Source: Candidatus Binatia bacterium
Lineage (GTDB): Bacteria; Desulfobacterota; Binatia; Bin18
Length of the DNA: 24,352 bases
Assembly (NCBI GenBank): GCA_963664395.2
Contig: CAXXIS010000008.1
Span: 1-24,352 of the forward strand
Direction: 5' to 3'
The position numbers and the translations under genes are program-made. Below, one piece after another: positions 16,890 to 24,352 of this stretch (position 1 is the stretch's first letter; the number at the start of each line of letters is the position of its first letter). The notes below the pieces were generated by a model that did not search any database, was not told the DNA's origin, and saw only the letters and a program-made list of their open reading frames with translations.

Positions 16890-17636
16890 TCAGAGTTCTC
16901 GCAGCCTCTTAAAGCTCTCTTCTCGATAGCGCCTGACGGCTTCGAGATGCTTCCTCCTTGAGCTTTCCACATCGAGAAGCTCGCCAGACTCGGTTAGAAG
17001 ACCGAAAAGGCTTAGTTCGTAATGGGGATCGAGACCTTCATGGCAGGTGTGACACAATGTGATTAGATTGTCGTCGTGCGTTAGTCCCCGTTCGGCCCAC
17101 GGGCGGATGTGGTGCACGTGAAGTGTTACATCAACGTTGTTATAGGCTGATCTACCGCATATCTTGCAGCGATATCCATCTCGCTTAAGAATGCTCATTC
17201 TCTGCCTTTTGGTCGTTGCCCTCTGAAATACGGTTTTTGGCATGTCCTTGGTGGACCGGAAACCGGTAAATCCCGTTTGGACGACCGGATGTGGCTTCAA
17301 GACTTCAGGCAGAGCCGTTTCTGCAAGGATCCGTTCAATAACTGCGTGCCCGCCAAGCAAAAAGAAGATAGCCAGTTCGTTAGGTGTCTCGACAACCAAA
17401 CATCCTTCCTTTAGACTATCTCGAAGTACTTGCGTTAAGTTGCTCGCTAGTACAAGACGGGCCTGTCTAAGCTCAATCTTACGTTCCTCGTCCTCGAATC
17501 CCACCCAATAACTTTGGCATGTCCAACATGGATTGCCCTCTTCGTCCGCAAGTATTGTAACCGCGTAGTGCTCAAGCTCGTCATTTGGCGATCGCTTGGA
17601 CATGTTCACTGCGATTTCCTTGAGGGATGGATGCAT
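16890..17636 (-). CDS. HNH endonuclease with an uncharacterised N-terminal domain
   Basis: RMSILKRDGYRCKICG...LHVHHIRPW..RG....NLITLCHTCH is a zinc-binding McrA-type HNH. The DNA is visibly more AT-rich than its neighbours. Confidence 0.9.
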   Translation of the reverse strand: MHPSLKEIAVNMSKRSPNDELEHYAVTILADEEGNPCWTCQSYWVGFEDEERKIELRQARLVLASNLTQVLRDSLKEGCLVVETPNELAIFFLLGGHAVIERILAETALPEVLKPHPVVQTGFTGFRSTKDMPKTVFQRATTKRQRMSILKRDGYRCKICGRSAYNNVDVTLHVHHIRPWAERGLTHDDNLITLCHTCHEGLDPHYELSLFGLLTESGELLDVESSRRKHLEAVRRYREESFKRLREL

Positions 17637-17655
17637 AATCTATCCTGAAGTGTCT

Positions 17656-17870
17656 AACTGCAATATCAGCAAAGTACGAGTGATCGTAAAGCTCTGTGAC
17701 TGGAATCGTGGCCGGACACTCTCCGGCTACGATCTGACATGAATCTCGTACGAAGAGGCGCCAAACTGGGTCCCCATTTCCTGAATTTTAAAACCAAACA
17801 CGTCTCGATAGGACACCTCCGATACTTCTAGATTCGGGACTGCGAGGACAAACATACTCTCTGTGATCAT
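17656..17870 (-). pseudogene. Truncated, frameshifted VOC/glyoxalase family gene
   Basis: MITESMFVLAVPNLEVS...FGFKIQEMG, then after a 1-nt shift at about 17772 DPVWRLFVRDSCQIVAGECPATIPVTELYDHSYFADIAV. The C-terminal half is missing and the sequence stops at GTTAGAC. Confidence 0.7.
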
Positions 17871-17889
17871 TAGTGTCGCCAACCCAGAA

Positions 17890-18699
17890 TTAGACTTGCC
17901 GAAAGCGGCTTCCCGGTGCCGGTGGCTCTTCCGGTGGGCCGGCAAAGCACTGCGCCATGGCCATCCAGCTGGTGGCCGTAGCGCCACTCACTCGAAGTGA
18001 GGTGTCCGCGATATTGCGTACCTGCGTGACCACCTGACAGAACTCGACGGCGCTGCCCTCGATCCGATTCTCCTGATCCGGTTGATTCCACTCCCATAGC
18101 TCTCTCGACGGTGCGCTGAGCCGGAGGTAGGGGACGTCCGTCGGCACGGCGAGCTTGCGGTTCGCGAAGGTCCAGCCGAAGGTATTCACCCCCATGACGA
18201 CCACGTTCTTGATCCGGTCGGTGTCGGTTCGGGTTTGCCCCAGCAGGTCGTATATGGCCTGACTGTGCGCCCAGGTCTCCATCAGGCGCGCCGTGATACT
18301 GGAACGCACGCTCATGTCCGGCCCAAACCATTGCACCCGTTTTTTGGGGTCCACCGTTGCAAAGCGGTCTGCCATCTCAAGATAAAAGTCCCGCCAGTGC
18401 TGCAATAAGGCCCGGTCTCGCAACCCATCGAGCCAGACCTGGGTGAAGGCGAGCCGTCCGTGCTGCTTGCTGCCTGCTGCGAATTCTTTCACCAAGTCCA
18501 GGAAGGCCGTGGTATTCTGCGTGGTATCCTGCAATGAGAGGTCTGCCGCATAGTTGCCCATGTGCAGATGGGCGATGATATCGTTGATCGTCCACGCTTT
18601 GAACTGAGTTTTCTTTCCCCAGTCTTGATCGTCCAACCCGTCAAGCAGGGCGCATACCGCGTCACTCTCTTCTCGGAAATCTAGGGCTTGCTGCAACAT
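17890..18699 (-). CDS. TIGR03084-like metal-binding protein (DinB/MDMPI superfamily)
   Basis: Motifs WTINDIIAHL, WFGPDMSVRSSITARLMETWAH, GSAVEFCQVVTQVRNIADT, AQCFAGPP. Confidence 0.88.
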   Translation of the reverse strand: MLQQALDFREESDAVCALLDGLDDQDWGKKTQFKAWTINDIIAHLHMGNYAADLSLQDTTQNTTAFLDLVKEFAAGSKQHGRLAFTQVWLDGLRDRALLQHWRDFYLEMADRFATVDPKKRVQWFGPDMSVRSSITARLMETWAHSQAIYDLLGQTRTDTDRIKNVVVMGVNTFGWTFANRKLAVPTDVPYLRLSAPSRELWEWNQPDQENRIEGSAVEFCQVVTQVRNIADTSLRVSGATATSWMAMAQCFAGPPEEPPAPGSRFRQV

Positions 18700-18833
18700 C
18701 GGCTACTCCTATCCGCTGTATCGCTCATTTGGCCGGGCAAACAAATCACACCCAGGGTGAAAAGGCCACGTGGTTTCTCTACCGATTTTCCTATACGTAG
18801 AAGCAATTCTCTTCCACACCATTGAGGTTCTCT

Positions 18834-20674
18834 ATGCACGAACGAGGGCAGCGAAGCATTGCTGCCGTACTTGGACACATCACTCGGATTGTTTTCCTGG
18901 TCGTCGCCGTCGTGTGCCTGGGGAGTACGGCGACCAGGGCGGTCGAGGAGACGCGTTTGCTCCAAGCCCACACCGACCACGACAACTGGCTGACCTATGG
19001 ACACGGCTATGCCAATCAGCGCTACAGCGGGCTTGAGCAGATCACGACCGACAACGTGCAACGGCTGGTGCCGAAGTGGATCTATCAGACCGGGGTGCTC
19101 GGTACGTTTCCAACCAATCCCATTGTTGCCGACGGGGTGATGTATCTCACCACGCCGTACAACCATGTCGTGGCCCTGGATGCGGCAACCGGGGCGGAGC
19201 GCTGGCGATACACGCATGAGATGTCCGTTGATACGCTCTGTTGCGGGACACACAACCGGGGGGTCGCTATCGGCTATGGGCGACTGTATATGGTCACCGC
19301 AGACGCGCGTCTGATGGCGCTTGATGCTGATACGGGAGCCGTGGCGTGGGACATGCCGGTTGTCGATCCTGCGACCGGAAACCCGGCTGACCTCACGCCG
19401 CTCAAAGAGCTCAAAGCGACAGACGCCTCAAGTCCCGGGAACGCCGCGAACTCAAAGCGCTGACGCGCTTTGCCGGCAACATGGCACCGGCCGTATACGA
19501 CGGCAAGGTGTTCGTTGGAGTGAGCGGGACAGGCTATAGTGGCGTACTCAGTGAAGCTGAAGCGGATGATCCTTCTGTGCTTGGCCGTCCCGGTCCCCGG
19601 CGTGGTCTCCGGGCCTTCCTGTCCGCCTATGCTGCAACCGATGGGAAGTTGGTCTGGCGCTGGTATGCGACAGCTTCAGAAGGGTGGGAAGGCGAATTTG
19701 TTGAGCGGACCTCGTTCGGTGATGTACTTGGGCGTGACCTTGCCGCCGAGCGTGCCAACGCGGACAAATATGGCGATGCCTGGAAGACGGGCGGTGGCTC
19801 GATTTATTCCTCACCGTCGGTCGATCCCGAGCTGGGTCTGATCTATTTCGGGACCGGTAATGCTTCGCCTGGTTATGATGATTACAAACGCCCCGGCGAC
19901 AATCTGTACACCGCCTCGCTCGTCGCTCTCGATATTCAGACCGGCAAGCTGCGTTGGTATCACCAGATCGTACCGCATGACATTTGGGGCTATGATGTTG
20001 CCTCGCCGCCGGTTTTATTTGACTTCCCCGCCAATGGAACAACCGTGCGAGCAGTGGCTGAAGCCTCCAAATCAGGCTGGCTGTATATATTTGATCGGGT
20101 GACAGGCAAGGCGTTGCGCCGCTCAGAAGCCTTCGTACCTCAAAACGAACTGCTCTTCCACAGACCGACACCTGAAGGGGTGTTCATTGCGCCAGGAGCG
20201 GCGGGCGGAGCAAATTGGCCGCCCACGTCGTACAGTCCCCAAACCGGCTGGTTATACGTCTCGGGGACCCACAACCCGACGCGCTATCAACTCAAACCGG
20301 GGGAGGCCGGACAGCCTGAGCGGATCGTCATTTCGTTTGATAAAACTGTCGAACGCTGGGGAACCCTGAGCGCCATTGAGCCCAATGACGGCAAGATCAA
20401 ATGGCAGGTTAAAACAGATTTACCGCTGCTGAGCGGCTCCCTGGCCACTGCGGGTGGATTAGTCTTCCACGGTGAATCCAATGGCAAGTTTGTGGCCCGC
20501 AATGCCCAGGACGGAGCCGAGTTATGGCACTTTAACGCAGGCGCTGGAGTGAATGCTCCGCCCGTGACGTATGCGGTGGATGGTAAGCAATTTGTCGCCG
20601 TTGCCGCTGGTGGACACAAATTGTTCAATTTCCCTCTGGGCGATGCGGTGATTGCCTTTGGCCTGCCCGATTGA
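18834..20674 (+). CDS. Periplasmic PQQ-dependent dehydrogenase (split by a 1-nt deletion at about 19427)
   Basis: Signal-like N-terminus; motifs NWLTYGHGYANQRYSGL.QI, vicinal CC (LCCGTHNRG), GTGN, DNLYTASLVALD, GGANWPP, ATAGGLVF, YAVDGKQFVAV. Adding one C at GACGCC(C)TC joins the two ORFs. Confidence 0.88.
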
Positions 20675-20687
20675 CCCGATGCCGTCC

Positions 20688-20710
20688 CTGAGGCGTACTC
20701 TTTGCCTCAG
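20688..20710. terminator. Hairpin between convergent genes
   Basis: CTGAGGC-N9-GCCTCAG lies between the PQQ dehydrogenase and ChaC stops; there is no clear U tract. Confidence 0.3.
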
Positions 20711-20719
20711 CCGCTTGGT

Positions 20720-21283
20720 CTATTCTTGACCTCGGGTTTCAAGCTGACGGATGTGATGTTCGAGTTCAGTGATATGCGTATCCGTCACCCCCAGGCCACG
20801 TAAGCTCTCGGCCAGTCGGATAAGATAGTCCCGATTCGAGCCGCTCGGCCCCTTGGCATGAAAAATATGGCGTGCCATCTCTGGCACGGAGGCCGGACCG
20901 AGATAGTGCGGGTTGTCGTCCCGAGCGATGTAGACAGCGGCGGTGGTAACGGAGGGCGCAGAGGCATCCGCGGGTCCGGTCTTGGGATAAAAGTCCACCT
21001 GATGGCGGCTAAACCCGCCTTTCTCTCGATAATCAAGATAAGAAAAAATAGATGCCAGAGAATCTCCGGCAACTTGGTAGGCCAGGCCCCAACACACGGC
21101 TGCGGCATCGGCGACTAAGGTAGCCACTCGGCCTGGGGAACCCGGAATCCCTCTATGGTCGGTTGAACCCTGATAAAAACGCCGTGCCCAGCCTCGGATG
21201 TAGCCGACCTGACTCTGTTCAAAGGAGAACCCAGGGTTCCAGACCAATGACCCATAGCCAAAAATCCAGACCTTGGTACGCAT
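20720..21283 (-). CDS. chaC: Glutathione-specific gamma-glutamylcyclotransferase (ChaC family)
   Basis: Motifs WIFGYGSLVWNPGF, STDHRGIPGSPGRVATL, LDYREKGG, GPSGSNRDYL; likely start ATG 21283. Confidence 0.92.
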   Translation of the reverse strand: MRTKVWIFGYGSLVWNPGFSFEQSQVGYIRGWARRFYQGSTDHRGIPGSPGRVATLVADAAAVCWGLAYQVAGDSLASIFSYLDYREKGGFSRHQVDFYPKTGPADASAPSVTTAAVYIARDDNPHYLGPASVPEMARHIFHAKGPSGSNRDYLIRLAESLRGLGVTDTHITELEHHIRQLETRGQE

Positions 21284-21337
21284 GGGTATTGTCGGGATGG
21301 CTAGAGGGACGGGGAGATGGGGTAGCTGTTGGGAACG

Positions 21338-21366
21338 AAAAAGGTGGGGTCGAATGACCCCACCTT
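21338..21366 (-). terminator. Rho-independent terminator of the LLM-hydrolase-VOC unit
   Basis: Perfect 11-bp stem AAGGTGGGGTC / GACCCCACCTT with a 4-nt loop, running into a T run on the minus strand. Confidence 0.8.
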
Positions 21367-21392
21367 CTGTTACAAACGCACAGTCTGCGAAT

Positions 21393-21761
21393 TTACCCCA
21401 TATGGATGGCGTTGAGCTTGTTGCCGTCCAGATCACGAAAATAACCGATGGTCATGCCACCGCCACCCCGTGGTCCGGGCGCACCTTCGTCCGTACCGCC
21501 CAATTCCAGCGCCTTCGCATAGATTGTGGCAACTTGTTCCGCGCTGCTCGCGGCGAGCGCGACCATCACGCCATTGCCGACCGAGGCCGCATTCTCATCA
21601 AACGGCTTACACACCGCCAGCATCGGAGCCCCTGCGGTGCCCCATAAGATAATGCGCTCATTCTCCATCATGCGCTTGGCGCCAAATTCGGCCAAGAGTT
21701 CGTCATAATACTTGGCCGCACGATCCAAATCGTTCGTTCCGAGCGTGACATAACTAATCAT
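21393..21761 (-). CDS. VOC/glyoxalase family protein
   Basis: MISYVTLGTNDLDRAAKYYD...GNGVMVAL...GGTDEGAPGPR...YFRDLDGNKL. Confidence 0.92.
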   Translation of the reverse strand: MISYVTLGTNDLDRAAKYYDELLAEFGAKRMMENERIILWGTAGAPMLAVCKPFDENAASVGNGVMVALAASSAEQVATIYAKALELGGTDEGAPGPRGGGGMTIGYFRDLDGNKLNAIHMG

Positions 21762-21795
21762 TCTCTACCTCCTTCTTCCTTCTTCTGTGACAGGG

Positions 21796-22592
21796 TTAAG
21801 ACTGAATAAAATCCCGGACCAGGCCGGAGACCTGCTCAAGCTGTTCTAACTGCGGCAGGTGGGCCGCCTGCTCAACCATTTCAATCCGTGAGCCGGCAAT
21901 CCGACTGCCAAACTCCTCGGCATAGACCGGTGGGACGAGCTTGTCCCCGGTGCCCCAGATAATCAAAGTAGGCGACGCAATCCGGTGGATACGTTTCTTG
22001 AGCCCTTTATCCGGAATGGGCCAGATAAATTTGCCGGTACAGGCGAGTGACCAGGTCACCCGAATTTGCAGGTCCTGGGCTTCCTTCTCATCCTCCGGCA
22101 CGCTCAGCATCTGCTGGGCGAGGGACCACTGGCGTCGTAGAAGGCGGCTTTGACCACCTCTTCCAGAGGCATGATCATCCAGTTTTTGACCGGGACATCG
22201 TCCCGCCAGAGGCCGATTGGACTCAGCAACACGAGTTTGCCAACCCGCTGCGGATAGCAGGCGGCGATCTCCGCGGCGACCATACCGCCAAACGAATGCC
22301 CGATGACCGTTGGATTGTCTAAGCCGAGCTGATCAAACAGCTCGTCGTAATACAACACCAGGTCCCATAAATTATCCAAGGGCTTAATACCATCCGGATC
22401 GCCTAAAGTAGTACCGGGATGCTCGGGCGCATACACGGTGAAGTGCTCTGCCAGGCCATCTAAAAACGGATCCCAGGTCAGTCCATACGCGCCGTGCAGA
22501 AACACCACCGGTGGCCCGCTCCCGGCGACTTGGACTTTGGGGCTGATCCGGTTTTCCCAGACACTAACGGTTTGTTCTTGGACTGCGACCAT
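21796..22592 (-). CDS. Alpha/beta fold hydrolase (split by a 1-nt deletion at about 22122-22124)
   Basis: Motifs FLHGAYG, GHSFGG (nucleophile), IIWGTGDKLV, AAHLPQLE. Adding one C to the CCC run gives SGPLAQQMLSVPE and joins the halves. Confidence 0.88.
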
Positions 22593-22616
22593 CTGTTTTT
22601 CCTTTTACTTTTGCCC

Positions 22617-23865
22617 TTACAGCGCCGCAATCGAGGCCTGGCGCTTGGTCCGCAGCTTTTCCGGCCACCAGTGATTCTCCCACTGGTTGTCCCACATATC
22701 GTGGATATGGGGCATGACTTCGCTGCTGAACATATCGATGTTCTTGAGCGTTAAGTCGTGCGGCATGGAGCCAATGTGCAGCAATACCATCAGGTTGCCG
22801 ATCCGCAGGTCTTTGACCGCATCGGTGAGCATATCGCGCACGGTTGACGGACTGCCGGCAATCACAAAGCCTTCGTCCACAAAGTCTTTGAACTTCCAGT
22901 TGGGGATTTTGTCGAGCTTATCAAAATAGCTCTTGAAGATGCCCTTACGCACGTTGTTTTCCAGGCTGCGATAATCCTGATGGCCCGGCGGGAAGAAGTA
23001 CTCGGGTGGGATGTGCAAGGATTTGTTGTAGAAGTACTGGATATGCTTTTCATACAGGGCTTCGGCTTTGGCGTCGGTTTCGGCGACGGCCACGAGTTGC
23101 AGAAAACCGGCCCGGTAGGGGTTGGGCTCAATGTCGCGTTCGCCGATGAATTGCCAAAAGCCATCCATCACGCTTTTGCTGGCCTTGGGGCCGTAATAGC
23201 TTAAAAAGCAGTAGCAATGGTTGTGTTGGGCCGCAAATTCCCAGGTGCTGAGACTGCCGAATCCTGGAATCCAGATCGGCGGATGCGGCTGTTGGATCGG
23301 TCGCGGCCAGACGTTGACCTTGGGCAACTGATAGTATTTGCCGTTCCAGGCGAAGATGTGATCTGCGGTCCAGGCTTTGAGGATCAAATCATGGGCCTCG
23401 TAATAGCGCTCGCGCTGCTCAATCGGCGTAATGCCGGCGCACAACGTAGCATCCATTGCCGTTCCCAAAGGCATACCGGCAACTAAACGGCCGCCGCTGA
23501 TGGTGTCGAGCATGCCGTATTCTTCGGCCACTCGCGTGGGAGGGTTGGTCGTCGGCAACGTGGAGCCCATTTGCACTATCGCCACGTCCATATCATTGGT
23601 GGCCCGAGCCAGAACTGAGCCCATCAGATTTGGGGTTGGGCATGAAGCCATAGGCATTCTGATGATGCTCATTCACGCAGATACCGTCCATGCCGGATTT
23701 GGCGGCATGGATCAGTTCGTCCAGCGACCAGTTGTAATACTGGCCGACTTTCTCCGGGTCTCCCAATTCCGTCCAAGGCGGATCGACCCAGACCGAATGA
23801 TACTTTTTCTCAAAATCGTCCGGCAGGTCCCGGTAGGGCATCAGGTGAAACATGGATACCTTCAT
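22617..23865 (-). CDS. LLM-class flavin-dependent oxidoreductase (split by a +1 frameshift at about 23629-23635)
   Basis: Motifs GMDGICVNEHHQNAYGFMPNP-NLMGS, PTRVAEEYGMLDTISGGRLVAG, VWPRPIQQPHPPIW, IAGSPSTV; RBS AGGAGG. Removing one base restores PNPNLMG. Confidence 0.9.
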
Positions 23866-23999
23866 GACGAGCCTCCTTAATGTGCGCTGCGTTGGATAGA
23901 CAATACCAACTGTGCCGCGTTTTGGCTAGGCGACCTGACCGCCGATTCACGCGACAGCCTTACGCGAACAAGATGCTATGATCATTCGACTATCGTGTT

Positions 24000-24194
24000 A
24001 CGTATGAAGCATCGCTAGGGGCTGTGCGTTGTGCGCACGCCCAAGCCGCTGCCACAGCTCCGCAACAAGCCTCTCTGCAAACCGGAACTGATCGCCTCTC
24101 GCTGGAAGACATCAACGCGGAGATCAACGCGGAGATCAACGCGGTACGCCGGGAACGCGCTCTTATGAGGATCGTGCTGAATACGAATGTCCTG
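24000..24194 (+). pseudogene. Remnant of a type II toxin-antitoxin pair (antitoxin C-terminus + first codons of a PIN toxin)
   Basis: YEASLGAVR...TGTDRLSLEDINAEINAEINAVRRER runs into MRIVLNTNVL (ATG 24165; compare the PIN N-terminus MRIVLDTNVL), after which similarity is lost. Confidence 0.7.
24111..24144 (+). repeat. 12-bp tandem repeat (ATCAACGCGGAG x2.8)
   Basis: Copies start at 24111, 24123 and 24135 (last one partial). Confidence 0.9.
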
Positions 24195-24233
24195 GACAAG
24201 AACCGCCGAACAGAAAGGTAAAAACGCTGAGCG

Positions 24234-24352
24234 TTAGAAGAACTTCACGCAATAGCTGATACGCGCGGCGCTGTCGTAATCCGCGTCAGCCGACACGAGT
24301 TGTCTGTCTTTCACGATATCGCGTAGCTCGGTATCCACCACACTCGAAAGCA
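24234..24352 (-). CDS. Possible 3' end of a gene entering from the right (…LSSVVDTELRDIVKDRQLVSADADYDSAARISYCVKFF*)
   Basis: The longest open minus-strand frame from the window edge, ending at TAA 24236-24234; product not recognised. Confidence 0.35.
   Translation of the reverse strand, partial: LSSVVDTELRDIVKDRQLVSADADYDSAARISYCVKFF

Larger units (their letters stand above)
16874..17895 (-). mobile_element. Putative integron-type cassette stack (truncated VOC + HNH) bounded by GTT core sites
   Basis: Minus-strand GTTGGCG (17883-17877), GTTAGAC (17658-17652) and GTTATGC (16880-16874) delimit the two genes. No attC or integrase is visible. Confidence 0.4.

Noticed and set aside
16874-16999. 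Possible attC overlapping the HNH 3' end (TTCTAAC…GTTATGC on the minus strand, with a 9-bp internal inverted repeat)
   Set aside because: It lies within coding sequence, the inverse core does not match, and pairing is too patchy for an attC hairpin.
13168-21761. A glutathione-related cluster (GST, ChaC, VOC)
   Set aside because: The genes are scattered over 8 kb on different strands and transcription units.
23891-23910. GTTGG…CCAAC imperfect palindrome upstream of the LLM gene as an operator
   Set aside because: The arms are only 5 bp and no regulator is nearby; not supportable.
1-24352. CRISPR arrays, tRNA/rRNA genes, transposases or integrases, and the many antisense or overlapping ORFs in the track
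   Set aside because: I saw no spaced repeats, RNA-gene signatures or recombinase motifs. The shadow ORFs overlap well-supported genes and lack motifs.

Overview
A 24.4-kb, GC-rich bacterial chromosomal segment. The gene content (three luciferase-like monooxygenases, SDR, PQQ dehydrogenase, TIGR03084-like protein) suggests a Binatia/Deltaproteobacteria-type, possibly host-associated, genome; this is an inference. The core is a minus-strand housekeeping run: type-B rpmE, prfA, prmC, murA, hisD, hisB. Around it lie catabolic and redox genes (two LLM monooxygenase + hydrolase pairs, an F420-type LLM, SDR, GST, truncated haemoglobin, M24 peptidase, CvfB, ChaC, VOC, PQQ dehydrogenase) and several decayed remnants (LuxR regulator, crotonase, nucleotidyltransferase TA pair, PIN TA pair, VOC). 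Four otherwise intact genes (hisD, the PQQ dehydrogenase, an alpha/beta hydrolase, one LLM) are each split by a single-base indel in a short homopolymer, probably long-read errors. The most unusual signal is at 16.87-17.90 kb: a truncated VOC gene and an AT-richer HNH nuclease are delimited by three co-oriented integron-like GTT core sites. One site has attI-like spacing and another cuts the VOC gene exactly, yet there is no attC hairpin or integrase. Other leads are an orphan secreted coiled-coil protein, a structured leader + 28-aa ORF + HTH-like gene next to an Xer-like site, and a PQQ dehydrogenase lacking the canonical metal-ligand Glu and catalytic Asp.
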